From Octopus vulgaris (lineage: Eukaryota), in contig OX597814.1 of the NCBI GenBank assembly GCA_951406725.2, forward strand, positions 220,720,001 to 220,784,000: DNA of 64,000 bases, in the 5' to 3' direction. The translations under genes were made by a program, and so were the position numbers. The number at the start of each line of letters is the position of its first letter. The stretch's first letter is position 1. Below, piece by piece: positions 1-14,955 of this stretch. A model generated the notes under the pieces. It worked only from the letters and a program-made list of their open reading frames with translations, ran no database searches and was not told the DNA's origin.

Positions 1-115
1 TTTTGATGCTCAGTAAAAAGAGAGAGCTTTTGACATTTTGAGCATGGCTCTTCGTCAGGAAAGGAAAACGGAAAAGCCCAGAGAAGGAAAGAAAAATCAC
101 CAACAGCGTGTGTAG
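1..115 (-). mobile_element. Diverged relative of the ~210-bp HHR-bearing short element
   Basis: Minus strand 63-27: CTTTC CTGACGA A GAGC CAT GCTC AAAA TG TC AAAAG. Same layout as the copies at 34262, 56377 and 59125. Confidence 0.55.
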
Positions 116-705
116 TTGTGTGTAGTTACATTATGTGTGTGTGTGTGTGTGTGTGTCATGGAATATTACAAGTTAAATGTAGTGCATTTAAGGTCGATTG
201 TTCCCGGTTGTTTAATTCCCATAAAATATAACGCGCGTGTGTGTGTGTGTGTGTCCGTGTGTCCATGCACTGAAGCCTCGTTTTAATAGACTAATATAGG
301 AGGAAAGGTGAGTCTGTTAATGCCGAATGTCCGTTAACTCGACAGTAACTTAAGGTCTATTGTTTATTGTTTCTAGTGTTAATTAAACAGAAAAAGAGCT
401 CCAATACTCCATGCACTGGTGCACAATATAAAATAATAATACAATCTGACCGCATGGTGATTCTGAGGCTGAAAGAGACCGGAAATAAGACTTTCCCACG
501 CTTCCCAAGATCAATACGAACTTCTAGTCAATGCATGCGTCCACACATGCGCAGACAACAGGCTCGATCATATACAAATACGTATATAATTCTACACTTC
601 TTTTTGAAACTCAGTTTCGAGCAACAAGGAAATCGTTGCACGTTCAGTTGACGTGCTAGAAAAAACATCAAAATATCCTTTGAATTAAAACCCGACATCT
701 TGGAG

Positions 706-810
<105 letters not shown>

Positions 811-911
811 AATTAGAGACAAAACCACTATTTTGCAAATCAACCAAAGAAAGACTTAATCCAATACATAAAAAAATTTAATATAAAGTAAAAAAAATTA
901 AATTCGCCACT

Positions 912-994
<83 letters not shown>

Positions 995-1001
995 CACACA
1001 C

Positions 1002-1318
1002 AGGCACAATGGCCCAGTGGTTCGAGTAGCCGTATCGCGGTCTTGAGCGATGACGCATAAAGCACCACGAGGCTCCGGCAAGGAGTAGTAGTGGCGAACT
1101 CTGCTGTACTCTTTCTCTCACCCTTTCTTCTGGTTTCTGTTGTACCTGTATTTCAAAGGGCCAGCTTCTCACACTCTGTGTGTCACGCTGAATCTCCCCG
1201 AGAAGGGTACGGGTGTCTGCAGAGTGCTCAGCTACTTGCACGTGAATTACACGAGAAGGCTGTAACATGGATCGGATCAACTGGAACCCTAGTCGTCGTA
1301 ACCGACGGAGTGCCACAA
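1002..1318 (+). mobile_element. tRNA-Arg-like SINE (family A), internally deleted copy
   Basis: Head GGCACAATGGCCCAGTGGTT and tail GTAACCGACGGAGTGC are shared with the copies at 44769, 45547 and 54361. Confidence 0.85.
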
Positions 1319-1576
1319 TATGAGTATTATATACACATATAATACTATATATGTATATTTTATATTATTTTATATATACATTATATTATATATATCATAT
1401 ATATATTATATTATACATATATATAACATTATAAATATATATATAATATTATATATATACATTATATACACATGATATATATATATATATATAAATTTAT
1501 ATATAATATATATACACACATGATATATATATAAATATATGATATATATATATATAAATTTATATATGATATATAT

Positions 1577-1607
<31 letters not shown>

Positions 1608-1634
1608 AATATATGATATATATATATATATATG

Positions 1635-1683
<49 letters not shown>

Positions 1684-1698
1684 ATATATACACACGAT

Positions 1699-1733
<35 letters not shown>

Positions 1734-2116
1734 TATATAACATGATATATATATATAAATATATGATATATATATAAATTTATATATGATATATATACAC
1801 ACACATGATATATATATATATATATATATATATGATACACATATATATATATATAAATATGATATATATATATAAATTTATATATGATATATATATATAT
1901 ATAGGATGTATATCCGGAAATCCTTCGTCACACCTCTGTGACCTCTTCAGCGACACTTTTCGTTTCCGTTTGTCCTCTTGCTCCACTTACTCCGGATAAT
2001 GGACATGAGTCAATTTAATGAAATAAGAACAATAATAAACGAGTGAAGAACAAATATACAACAATATCTTTTTCATCACACAATTTCTCATCAGGAATCT
2101 TGCAACACAAATGGCT

Positions 2117-2224
<108 letters not shown>

Positions 2225-2316
2225 AACATAGTCCATAGTCAATTTATAATTTTACTGAATAATTATGTGCTGACAAAATCAGCAGGCCAGGTGATGATAA
2301 TGATATTATTATTATT

Positions 2317-2490
2317 AAGGTAGCGAGCTGGCAGCGGCGTTAAATGCTAACACCATTTCACTCATTTTTACCTTCTGAGTTCAAATTCCTCCGTGGTCGA
2401 CTTTACCTTTCATCCTTTCGGGGTCGACGAAATTAGTACAAGTTGAACACTAGCTCCCCCGAACTAGTTCTCGTGCCAAAGTTTTAAATA
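2317..2490 (+). mobile_element. SINE family C, diverged
   Basis: AAGG..GCGAGCTGGCAG head and GTCGACTTT.CCTTTCATCCTTTCGGGGTCGA core, shared with 53186-53416. Confidence 0.7.
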
Positions 2491-3674
2491 GTTATTGTTA
2501 TTATTCAGTCTTTCAAATCTGTTGGGACGCAGTCTTTGAATCGAGGGTTTACTGCGTTATTTAAGCAATTCGGATCTCAATATAAAATTGCAACATTATT
2601 TAAGAATAACAATTCTTACTAACTTTGATACAATACCAGTAATTTTAGAGGGTGGGTGGGATTACATCGACTCGAGTACTGGACTGGTGCTTTATTTTTA
2701 CTGACCCCGAAAGGATACAAGGCAAAATTGATCTCGGTTAGATTTGAACTCAGAGCGTAATGTTTCGAAAGAAACACCAGGAGGTATATTTTCTCATGCT
2801 CTAATAATTCTAATAATAAATTAACATTGCTTAAAAATAGAATACAGTCTCAATTTCCTTCCCGTTGTACTGCACATGTAGAGAAGTTTAAATGACACTT
2901 TCCAGGATACTAAACCGGACAACTAGTCAAATAACTTGCTATAAGTCACTGTCAATTAGCACGAAAACATACTGCCAGAAACATACATCAGTATTTAAGT
3001 ATTGTATCGTATAGCAGACATATATCCTTTAAATGTAACCCTCGATATGAAATAGGGAGGATAATTATGGCTTGGACGCTTTCTTCTATAGACTTGCTCG
3101 ATCAGAGCAAACCAGGTGTTAAACATCAACAAAGAGAACCTTTACAAACATCGACGGAGCCTCTGAGCAACCACTGCATATGCTATACATTTCAGCCAAA
3201 TCCCGACTCAAGCCGTAGCTCTACAATGGTTAAAAGAAAAAAAAAAGCAGCGACGCCTTGAACAATTTAATCCATGTTATAAAAACATGACAGGTAGGTC
3301 ACGGCTAAAACGCCTTTATTCATACGTCTGTTTCATCCCGACTATCAACAGTAACAATTATAATATATTACATATATCTTAAAATAATTCGTTTGACATC
3401 AGGACTTCCTTCCGTTTCGACAGCACATGTGCGTGGGAGTAAACGTATACAGGAATAAAAATAAAAGCGTAAGGCACCGAGAGAGAGTAAGAGGGGTAGG
3501 AAATTTTGGAAGCTGAACCAAAGATATAAGAAAAAAGTTGTTTCAATAGAGAATGGTATAAAATCTAATGATAGTTGGGGAGATGTAACGAAGGAGGAAG
3601 AGGAGAAAAGAATATTGAAACATATTCTTCAATGGAAAGCGAAAAAAGCAATACACAATACACACACACACACA

Positions 3675-3870
3675 GCAAATGATCAGAGAAGTTAAAGAGA
3701 GGAGGGCTGCACGGAAAGCAAGAGTCCATCCGGGTCCTGACTGCTATTACATGCCCTCATTGTAACCGTGGGATTTCAAGCTAAAACTGACCTAATAAGC
3801 CACCACAGGACCCACAAAGTGTAAAGATGCTAATCTGGTCATTTTCAGAGACATGAAAGACCAACGTCAT
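3675..3870 (+). mobile_element. 3' terminal fragment of an RTE-clade LINE
   Basis: Frameshifted translation ...KERRAARKAR...TCPHCNRG/FQAKTDLISHHRTHKV*, resembling the C-terminal C2H2 finger of RTE/BovB-type ORFs. Confidence 0.65.
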
Positions 3871-4339
3871 GAATACTATGTACACTTTATCGTCCAAATC
3901 AAAATCAAAATTACGTTTGGCTGAGTTGCTTTGTGAAGTTTCTTTCTCAGCTACTTTTATTTTAAAATATATAAACAAAAACCCCGGATAAAATAAAATT
4001 TTAATGCTTAGTAACAATAATATGCTGTAAAAGAAATTTATAAGCATGACAAAAAATATATAACACCCACGGTAGTTCTGCAAAAACTGCATGACACAAA
4101 TATGCATAATATCAAATCTGCCACGAAGTTCGACAGTTTAATTATTATCTCTTATCATTACTTACTAACAGGAAAAGAAGAAAAAAGAAAAAAAGCTCAT
4201 ACGTCATGTGGGCAACATGTTGACTGTCACATGAACTTTTTCATTTATTTATCATGATTGACGTATTTATAGATAACATAGATGAACTTTTATTAAGATA
4301 AAAGTGTTAAAAAAGAAGGGACATATTAAAATATACTGG

Positions 4340-4605
4340 ATTAAAATAAAGCAAAGAGGACTCTGCAGTCAGTTGAACTCAGAACCAAGGGGAATAAAGC
4401 CAAACATTGTAAACAGGACCTTTAAAGACAGGAGAGGGATTCAACTGGTACATCAATCAGGGGACTAAAGAACTATGAAAAAAAAGGCGGATATTTGTCG
4501 AGGCTTTCATTAAAAACGGGAAAAGAAGGACCTTCAGAGCCCAAATTAATTTTGTGAGTACTCCCTTTCCATTAGGCCGTGATCCGAAAGCAGCCTCGTT
4601 TTAAA
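4340..4605 (+). repeat. Unclassified ~260-bp interspersed repeat, copy 1
   Basis: Aligns by eye with 5950-6210 (GACTCTGCA.TCAGTTGAACTCAGAACCA ... AGAGCCCAAATTAATTTTGTGAGTAC). Confidence 0.75.
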
Positions 4606-4705
4606 ATTAATATATTGGATCAAAATAAATTATCTACTCTTGTGTTACGAGTCCTAACCCTTAACTTCCAATTGTAGCATATCATACACAGATTTCTACG
4701 GTATA

Positions 4706-5098
4706 GGCGCAGGAGTGGCTGTGTGGTAAGTAGCTTGCTAACCAACCACATGGTTCTGGGTTCAATCCCACTGCGTGGCATCTTGGGCAAGTGTCTTCTG
4801 CTATAGCCCCGGGCCGACCAATGCCTTGTGAGTGGATTTGGTAGACGGAAACTGAAAGAAGCCTGTCGTATATATGTATATATGTATGTATGTATGTGTG
4901 TGTGTGTTTGTCCCCCTAGCATTGCTTGACAACCGATGCTGGTGTGTGTTTACGTCCCCGTCACTTAGCGGTTCGGCAAAAGTGACCGATAGAATAAGTA
5001 CTGGGCTTACAAAGAATAAGTCCCCGGGTCGATTTGCTCGACTAAAGGCGGTGCTCCAGCATGGCCGCAGTCAAATGACTGAAACAAGTAAAAGAGTA
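4706..5098 (+). mobile_element. tRNA-derived SINE family B, full length
   Basis: GGCGCAGGAGTGGCTGTGTGGTAAG head with A/B-box-like motifs, CTTGGGCAAGTGTCTT segment, internal TA/TG microsatellite and AAAGAGTA tail. More than 10 copies in the window. Confidence 0.9.
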
Positions 5099-5949
5099 TA
5101 TAGACGCACAGAAACATGCACAAATAAATCCCCAATTTCAAACTTATCGTTACCAAACAAGCTTTCTTTAAGCTAGTGTATCCACGATAATGTATGTATG
5201 TGCGCAAGCTAGTATGTATATATGTCTGCATTATAAAATGTTGAGTAATTTCCACACCATTCGAAGTCTCGAAGGCGCACTAATTTGCATCTGCATCTTC
5301 AGATGTACGGCTGAAAGATGTAGTCGTAAATCTGCGCCTACGAAACCGATTAATAAGGCATTTGCAAACGCTGAATGCTACTTTCTTTCGTTTGTTCATC
5401 AACCTATCAACCCACATACGTTAACAGACACTCACACACAGCTTCAAAATGTTAATCCCTATAGATAATCGCTTTTGCTGTTAACCATAGATTAGCCCTG
5501 ATTACACCAGCTTTTGATTAAATACCGTTCTTCAAGATACTGTAGTTTTTTCAGACGATATGATGTGATTTGAGTGATATTTAGCCATTATTTCTAATAT
5601 TTCGGGCGACTACATAGAAGCCACCTTATTGGTTCATCATAGTTAATTCACAGTTTTCATTTTTATTCATTCTATTTTTCTCAAAAGCAATAATGGACTG
5701 ATCAAGTATTTTAGATTCTTTCTTTCGTTGGGAAGCGAAATAGTACTTGTTGCACTAGGTTGGCCGAAAACACACACACACACACTTAGTCACCGAGTAC
5801 GACATTCATCAATAGAGAGATACCACAATAATGATTTCTTGTTTTTGAGGTCAAGGCCGATTGCTAAACGCGAGGACAATGGTCGATTACATCAACATTG
5901 TACATTATTAACTTGTACTAATGTTATTATCGATCACAAGATATATATA

Positions 5950-6210
5950 AAGCAAAGATGACTCTGCAATCAGTTGAACTCAGAACCAATGGGAGACAAA
6001 ACCGAACAATGTGAACAGGGCCTTTAAGAGCAAGATAGGGATTCAGTCGGTACATCGATCCGGGGACTAAAGAGCCATGAAAAGACCTATGAATATTTGA
6101 CGATGCCTTCATATTACAAACGGGGCCGGAGGAGACCCTCAGAGCCCAAATTAATTTTGTGAGTACCCCATTTCCACCAGGCCGGGATTCCGAAAACAGT
6201 CTTGTTTTAA
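5950..6210 (+). repeat. Unclassified ~260-bp interspersed repeat, copy 2
   Basis: Direct-orientation homolog of 4340-4605. Confidence 0.75.
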
Positions 6211-6455
6211 TTTACAAAATGTCTCTTAGAAGCTTTAACTAACAATGAATCATTAATTTCGAGGGTGTATTGTCTTTGTCATATGAGTTGAAGAGAGAGC
6301 CTCAACGTTGTCATCCAGTCTGCTAGAAATTGTAGCTAAACTCCCTCATATTACCAATGGTTTAAGTAAAAAAGAAAGATGCATTGAATGATTTGTTACT
6401 CGGTACAGTATATCTGAGAAAGAGGTGAGTTGGTAACGGCTGGAATGAGCTAGAT

Positions 6456-6732
6456 CAGAGCTGGCGAACCTGAGGCCCGCTTGACACTTTCTTGCAATGG
6501 GTTTATTTAAACAACCTTTTAAAAATTTTATCAAAAATTAAAGATTGTAATGAAAAGTGGCAATAAATCAATAACCTAAAATTATATAATTTTAAACAAA
6601 GGAAAAGTATGAAAATTTCTTGATTCTGTAATTTGATTATTTGATTATTAGGGCATAAAGTATACAAGCGGCTCTCAAAATACTTTCTGTGATTAAGGTG
6701 GCCCGCAATGTAATTCGAGTTGGCCAGGCCTG
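6456..6732. mobile_element. Degenerate hAT-type MITE
   Basis: Termini CAGAGCTGGCGAAC ... GTTGGCCAGGCCTG form imperfect TIRs. Subterminal GGCCCGC motifs are present. The TSD is only partly retained. Confidence 0.55.
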
Positions 6733-7127
6733 GTCGAGATCATAGCTCTGTTCTACTAGAGCTGCCTTAGGACTAAATGTCAATAATCTAGGAGCCAACA
6801 TGGGGGGGGGGCAGAGTGCCCCCCCCACGTAGAAGTTCTACATGGTCAGTCGATTTGCTAGTAAAAGTAGGCAAATCAGCTTCATATCACACCATAGTCA
6901 AGAAACATAAAAATGAAGGAAATACTCGTTAGATAATGTAGTCCGGAATGCACTCTGTCCAGAAAAAGAAGACTAACCGCACCTGGAATGCTTTCGAGTA
7001 CAGACAGATCTGCTCAAGAAATAAGGGTTAAACGACGACGGAAATAATCAAGACACAGCGAAGGGACCCCAACGTAATCACTGACCCTATGAAAAATGAC
7101 AGCCAAATCTCCCTTCTCTATATATAG

Positions 7128-7328
7128 CAGTGCTTTTCAAACTTTTTGCTGGAGCGGAACCCCAAGAAAACATTTCACTGGCTCGAGGAACCCCTGTGCA
7201 ATAATTTAATTGTCCTATGCACACATATCTGCACAGGAGAATTTAAAATTACTGCCGATTTTAGCATTTTTGTAACTTCTTGCGGAACCCCTGGACTGTA
7301 CTGGCGGAACCCTGGTTGAAAACCACTG
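7128..7328. mobile_element. hAT (Charlie-like) MITE
   Basis: TIRs CAGTGCTTTTCAA / TTGAAAACCACTG, repeated GGAACCC motifs, and a perfect 8-bp TSD ATATATAG (7120-7127, 7329-7336). Confidence 0.85.
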
Positions 7329-7687
7329 ATATATAGTCTTAAAAAAGAACGAGATATTGGTTACAGTAACCTTAGATACATCACAACTGGAATGCTTCTG
7401 ATCAAAGGTCTGTTTGATTGGTACAAATCTATCCTATTTAATTTTTAAAAAGAATGACATACTGGTTACTGTAATGCAAGGTATACCATAAACGAAATAA
7501 AGAGTCAAGGCTAGAACACCGTCGATCAAAGGCCTATTCAAGTCCTGGCCGATCAGGGGTTAAACAACAAGGTAATAAGTGGGTCATAATCGATTTAAGT
7601 GACTCCTGTATTTAACTGGTATTTCATCGATCTAGGAAAGTAGCGAGCCCAAATTAGCTTCGACTGTATTCGAACGCACTCTCTCTC

Positions 7688-8079
7688 TCTCTTTACTCTT
7701 TTACTTGTTTCAGTCATTTGACTGCGGCCATGCTGGAGCACCGCCTTTTAGTCGAGCAAATCGACCCCGAGACTTATTCTTTGTAAGCCCAGTACTTATT
7801 CTATCGGTCTCTTTTGCCGAACCGCTAGGTGACGGGGACGTAAACACACCAGCATCAGTTGTCAAGCAATGCTAGGGGGACAAACACAGACACATACATA
7901 TATATATACATATATACGACAGGCTTCTTTCAGTTTCCGTCTACCAAATCCACTCACAAGGCATTGGGCGGCCCGGGGCTATAGCAGAAGACACTTGCCC
8001 AAGATGCCACGCAATGGGACTGAGCCCGGAACCATGTGGTTGGTTAGCAAGCTACTTACCACACAGCTACTCCTGTGCC
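7688..8079 (-). mobile_element. SINE family B, full length
   Basis: Reverse complement of the 4706-5098 sequence. Confidence 0.9.
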
Positions 8080-8403
8080 TATAGCGATTAGTATTATAAA
8101 CCGAATGACGCTGTAGTGTAGCTAAAAACAGAAGGAAGAAACGGTCTTTTTTATGTTCTGTCTTTTCACGAATTTTCCAATTCCAGATTGCGCTGGAATT
8201 AACTTTCATGTTTTTCTTCCCCGACCAATTCGACAGGTTTGACAAAATCTGAACGAAACAAATATTGTTCGAAAATATCTCGTCTTGTGTCAATGTAGAA
8301 ATACAATCACAAGAAAGTGAGGGAATAACTTCTGATTTTGTTGCTTAGACCCAAGTTTGACTTCGATTGAGTAAAGTTATGGGAGCCAGCAACCCTCTTT
8401 CAT

Positions 8404-8439
<36 letters not shown>

Positions 8440-8834
8440 TGTATACCCTTCCTCATTTCAAGGCGGCAAGGTTGAGATTTGAAATATTTTCGACTGTTAT
8501 TACTGATAATTCGAGCTACAGTGAAGAAGCTCCCTCGTTTATTCGAAGTAACAAACAGATGGTAGTTTCTCATCCAAACAAACAGTGTTCATATATAATG
8601 TGTGTATGTGTGTCTGTGTTTGTGTGTGTGTTTGTGTGAGTGTTTAAGCTGTAAAATAGATGCACACTCATAATACTCGAAAATCTATAAACTGTGATTC
8701 CATTTACTCAAACTTCAGGAATTAGCGTTTTGGATAAAAACAAAACAAGGGCGGGGAGAGCTACCCAAAAGATATAAAGAACGTATGTAAATAACGATAG
8801 TTAGATAGATAGACAGAGACAGCCAGATAGAGAC

Positions 8835-8907
<73 letters not shown>

Positions 8908-9070
8908 CAGCCAGATAGACAGATAGACAGACAGACAGACAGGCAGAGATAGATAGATAGATAGACAGATAGATAGACAGATGGATAGAGAGATAGATAG
9001 ATAGATAGATAGATAGACAGACAGCCAGATAGATAGAAGGATTGGCTGAGAGTGAAAGAGACACAGAGAT

Positions 9071-9109
<39 letters not shown>

Positions 9110-9451
9110 GAGGGAAAAAGAGAAAGAACGAAAGAGGAAGACAGGTGAAAAAAACAACAAAAACAAAACAAATGATAGTGAAAGAGAAGGAAGATAAGAT
9201 AGTGATCAAGAGAAGCAACATAGATATTCAACGGGAGGAGAGAAAAAAAAGTTAAGCGAGAGACTATTTTCCCCTCCAGTTCAGACTATCAAACAATCGA
9301 TTCTCCAGCGATACATATATATTTATACCAGCACGACACTTGTACGAATGTTCTGTATATATGTATGTTGTGTATAAGAAAAGTGTACAAATGAAAAAAC
9401 AGAGAAAACGTAGGTTTGTTTATACAACATAACCATAACACACAGACACAC

Positions 9452-9496
<45 letters not shown>

Positions 9497-9919
9497 CGCA
9501 TACAGAAACACACTCGCCCATACATATTTATCGCATATACACTCATATGTTCATGTCTCTGGTGACATTGTTGTGATGGGTGTGTATAAATAGTGACGTA
9601 TGTTGAATAAGGAGAAAAAAAAAATGATTTGCAATTATATGGGAGAAAATAGAATCACACACACACACACGCTCATAATTAGTTTGCGTGAAGGGGGCCG
9701 AGCGAGGAAGAGGTGAGGAAAACTAGTAATCGAGAAGTAAACAGAGAAAGAAATCGCACATTGTGATCATGTGTGTGTGTGTGTATATTTGTGTGTGAGA
9801 GAGAGAGAGAGAGGAAGAGAGAGAGAGAGAGAGAGAGATAAGGTGTACAAAATTCAATCCTGTGTCTTCACGATCTCATAATTAACAGTGTTGAAAATAA
9901 GTAAAAATTTAATTAATAT

Positions 9920-10255
9920 AGTACATACATACATTACACACACACACATATATAGACACTAACACATATATAAACATACATACACACACACAGACATATA
10001 TATACACACATATCCGCATATATAAACATGTATAGACGTATACACATACATCTATAGATATATATACATATATATATATGCATAAACATGCATATATATA
10101 TACATAGACATATATATATATATATGCACATATATATGCATAAACATGCAAATATATATATATACACACATATATATATATACATACATACATATACATA
10201 TATATACATACATACATACATATATATACATACATACATATATATACATACATAC

Positions 10256-10290
<35 letters not shown>

Positions 10291-10343
10291 CATACATACA
10301 TACATACATATATACATACATATATACATACATATATACATAC

Positions 10344-10395
<52 letters not shown>

Positions 10396-10452
10396 ACATA
10401 CATATACATACATATATATATATATACATACATATATATATACATACATACA

Positions 10453-10484
<32 letters not shown>

Positions 10485-10660
10485 CATATACACATACATA
10501 TACATATATACATACATACACGTACATATATACATATATACATACATACATATATACATACATACATATATATATATACATACATACATACATACATACA
10601 TACATACACATACATACATACATATACATACATGTATATATTATTCACATACATACATAC
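9920..10660. repeat. Compound (TA)/(TACA)/(CA) microsatellite
   Basis: Directly visible. It is the source of the Y/I/H/T-rich spurious ORFs. Confidence 0.95.
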
Positions 10661-10971
10661 GCGTGCGCACGTACCTATAAAATGAAAGAAAAAATAAGCA
10701 GCACTTTTTTTAAAGAATATAATTAAGAATCGCTATCTCTATTATCTGAACATACAAATGTGTGTGTGTGAGTGCGCGCTGTGTGTGTGTGTGTGTGTGT
10801 ATGCGTGTGAGTGCGTGTGTGTCGTTCGTTCATATTCAACAAAGAGATATCAGAGAGAAAGAAGTATTAATGAATCCGGCGATACGAGAACTCCCTCCCC
10901 TCCCTCATCTCTTCGGTCTTCTTTTATAGAACTCGTACACGTAAAGAAACATTGCTTTCTTCACTGGTTTA

Positions 10972-11006
<35 letters not shown>

Positions 11007-12034
11007 AACGAATTGTTGTTTTAGCACCATGTCTGTCCTCGTTGACCAGGTCTACGATCAAAGACATTCTAGCCGTGACGTCCCATCGATTACCCACTAC
11101 CGATTTTCCCCCCACTTCTTTTTAGACATTGTGTATGACGGAATACACTACCCAATGTGTTCTTCATTCATTCCTTCCCTCCTATAAGACCGTAGTCTGT
11201 GATTTCGGGGATGATTAAGCTGTTATTTCCAGCAAGTCAAACGACCACGTAGAACCCCTACTTTGCTAGTAGTATACGTGTATGTACGGGTTGGTTGACT
11301 AACGTGTGTTATGTATGTATGTATATTACCAGGCTGGTGTACGTACGGCTTGGTTGATAAACATGTGTACGTACGGGTGGGTTTGTAAACATTGTGTAAC
11401 GTAGAGAAATGACAAAAGTGTGTGTACGTACGAACTGGTTAGTAAATATAACGCAATGGTTGACTGGTAAACGTGTAAGCAGTATTTTGGTAAATGTGTG
11501 TAATACCCGTTGGTAAACATGTATACACATATATAAATTGGTTGATAAACGAACAACAACAAAAAAAAAAACGGTTATTTAGCCCGCGATTTGATTGAGA
11601 TGGCATATACAATCGAAATCAAAGGCATTGCAACCGTGACCAATACAAATTTTATTCAAAAACAGTATATTCCGAGGACTATATGATCAAATATGTCCTT
11701 CCTTCCTTCCTTTTCTTTTTTTTAAACAATAAGGTGTGATATAAGAAAGCTTCGACTCCTATTTCTAGCAATCGATCGACCACGTAAAAGTCTCCATCGT
11801 TCGCTCGCCGAGTTGTATGTAGTGCGATGCATGTGGAACTTTGAATCTGTTTGAATGAATGTACGTACGTGTTGATGGCATCGCACGAGAACACGTTTTT
11901 TTTCTTTCTGATCTGCACACGGCAGTTTCGATGTACGTACACGCGGGCAAGTGCATGCATGTTCGTGTATACCTTTGAGATTACACACATATATGAATAT
12001 ATATACACACATATACATACATGTGTGTGTGTAT

Positions 12035-12074
<40 letters not shown>

Positions 12075-12207
12075 GACTTTGCCTTTCATCCTTTCGAGGT
12101 CGATAAATTAAGTACCAGTTACGCACTGGGGTAATGTAATCGACTTAATACCTATGTCTGTCCTTGTTTGTCCCCTCTGTGTTTAGCCCCTTGTGGGTAG
12201 TAAAGAA

Positions 12208-12210
<3 letters not shown>
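12075..12210 (+). mobile_element. SINE family C, 3' half
   Basis: GACTTTGCCTTTCATCCTTTCGAGGTCGAT...GCCCCTTGTGGGTAGTAAAGAAATA. Confidence 0.8.
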
Positions 12211-12244
<34 letters not shown>

Positions 12245-13733
12245 GTAAGTACATTTTTGTGTTATCGTCAGTACGCAGACACATGGCCGATAGGTTAGTT
12301 CGCTTCGCAATCACGAGATCGCGGGTTCGTTTCTGGTGCTTGGCAACGTGTTTGTCTTTTATCATAATCTGGACTGAAGTAACTCAAGTACTGTGAGTGA
12401 AAGAAAAAACAAAAAAAACAAAAAAACAACAACATAAGATGAACGGAAACCATGGAAGCCCCTCGGATTTACGATTGGACATGTGATTTAAAGGGAGGCG
12501 CTTTTCACATTTTCACACACTTCTATCGCAGGGACTCTGCCCCTGGACTACGTTAAAACTACAAGTGTTTACGGAATACTCAGCCACTTAACCTACAATC
12601 AAGCCAGTTAGTAGTTCAGCTAATGGAACAACTGCCGAACCCATCGTTGAAGCCGACGGGGGTCCATTTTACTTACATCTCTATGTCGTAATCTACACAT
12701 GCGAATGTGTTTGTGTGTTGATTGCATGCGCTGTGGTGTGGATAGATGTATAAATATGCTGTACGAGTGCGCTGATGTGTGTGTGTGTGTATGTGTGTGT
12801 GTGTGTGTATATGAATGGCTTAATGTAGACATGCAGTCGGTGCATATAGGTGAGTGCGTGAATGTATAATGTGTGTAATGCGAATGTAAGGTGCGCGCCT
12901 TGATGTTTACATTTCTCGAGTGTACTCGGTAACGATGTAGAAGTTTTCAATTTAAATTGATTGACTGATAAAGAAATTAAATTTAAATTAAGTGTAGCGG
13001 CACAAGGGGTGGGCGGTGGCACATCTTACGATGACATTATTACAGACAGGAACACTATTTGAGATGGAATAATTTTAAGTATGCAAACTTACAAGGAAAG
13101 AGAAAGAGTGAGAAAGAAAGCGGAAGAGACAGAATGAATTAGAAATCTATTTGCGTATAATTCTGCTGTAGTTTAAAGCCCCAGCTCAACCGTGATAAAA
13201 GGCATTCCAGTCGTGACTATCTTGTTTACCTCAGACACAGTATGTATATAGAACTATATTATCCAATGTGTCCTTTTTTTTTTCTTTGTGCTTTTGATGT
13301 GATTTAAAGATTTGACTGCTATTTCTAGCAGGCCAAGCGACCTCAACGCGTTGGATAATGTGGTTCTGGTTTCTCAGCATATAAAACGGCATGGTCACGA
13401 TTAGAATATCTTTGATCATAGGTCTACTTACTTGTTCAGGGTTGACCTGGGGTTACACAATAAGGACTACGTAAGGGCTCTCTAATTAATTTCACTTTTA
13501 TTCATTTATTTATCAATTTTTATTTCATATTAGAGCGATTCTTCACCCAAGACTTATAAAAAAAAACCCCACAATACGACTGTTTGCAGGGGAAAGCAGT
13601 TTGGGGGGAACTGGTTAGGTTAGGGCCTTCTTTATTAATATGCACAGGTTAACATGTGAAATAGACTCGTACATAATGAAACGGTGTCGCAAAACTAGGA
13701 GCCTGCCTTCCCATCGTCTACTCGGGTTCTCCG

Positions 13734-13764
<31 letters not shown>

Positions 13765-14824
13765 AAACACGCGTATACACACACACACAAATATATTGAT
13801 TTCTTATTTAAGCACATTCACAGGACAGGGAGAGAGAGAGAGAGAGAGTATGTGTGTGTGTGTGCTTCGAGTGGTATAGATCTATGTACAATGTTCAGGC
13901 CGTTTTAATTTCCTTTTGCGAGTATGAGTGAAGCGACACGTTCTCAACAGAGATTCGAAACCCGGTCGCTTTCTCGGTATCTTGAGCAGTAGCTTATACT
14001 TCTTTCTACTTATCATTGTATATCATTTATAATCAGTGAAATCGACGACAATACATGACTGCCACAGTGTTTTGATTAACCACGAAGGGACGAAATGTGC
14101 AAAATACAACTTCAACAAGATTCGAACGCGGAGCCAAGATGTCGTGGGGCAGAAGAAGTAGTGAAAATGTCCGAAAGATTTTTGAATCAAACACTGAAAA
14201 ATGCTTTCCACTGGCGTTGTTAGTTAAGCTGCGGGTCGTATTTATTGGAGAGAGAAGTAAACTCGATGTTGTAATAATGCCCATGTGTGTATCATAAGAT
14301 ACACGACAGGAAATTTGAAAATGAAAGAGGTGGGCAACGGAGAACAGATGATCTGTGAGTATTTATTACCTGTGTGTCTGTCGATCTACGAAGAGTGTAA
14401 AAAGTAAACTACGATGAACATTTTCGAATTACAATTAATGAGACGAGACATCAAGGTAGACCGGTTCCCTTTAAGCGCGGATGTGGTCCTTGCGGATACC
14501 AGTTCGGGCTTTGGTTGACCACTAACGCCCAGCAAAATAATTATATACAAACGAATTGTTTAAAGGAAATAACAGTAATTTCTTGATGTAGCATTTGCCG
14601 GCTTAGATTTATAATGAAAAATAAATAAGCATTAGTTACAAAACACTGAAACCGGGTCGCATAATCAGCTTATCGTGGGCTTTTTTACTCTTAAAGCCAT
14701 GTTTATTCTTTTTTCTCTTTATTTTATTGAAATCCATTTATATACATCGATAAATCGAACATTATGTAAAACAAAACCAATCTCAACGTGATCAACTATA
14801 ATAATAATAATAAAGGTGACAATC

Positions 14825-14857
<33 letters not shown>

Positions 14858-14955
14858 TTACATCCATGATTTCTTTAAATGCTAGAAAGGCGAGACTTGA
14901 AATATAGAGGAAACTTTATTAATGATCATTAAAGAAGAAAAAACAAAAAACTCAC

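Noticed and set aside
8150-8270. Possible minus-strand exon 2 after a TTCGTTCAG acceptor
   Set aside because: The phase-1 frame hits TAA after 16 codons with no good donor.
14023-14297. Overlapping ORFs just downstream of the signal-peptide exon
   Set aside because: The sequence resembles a decayed family C SINE, and no convincing splice sites or protein motif were found.
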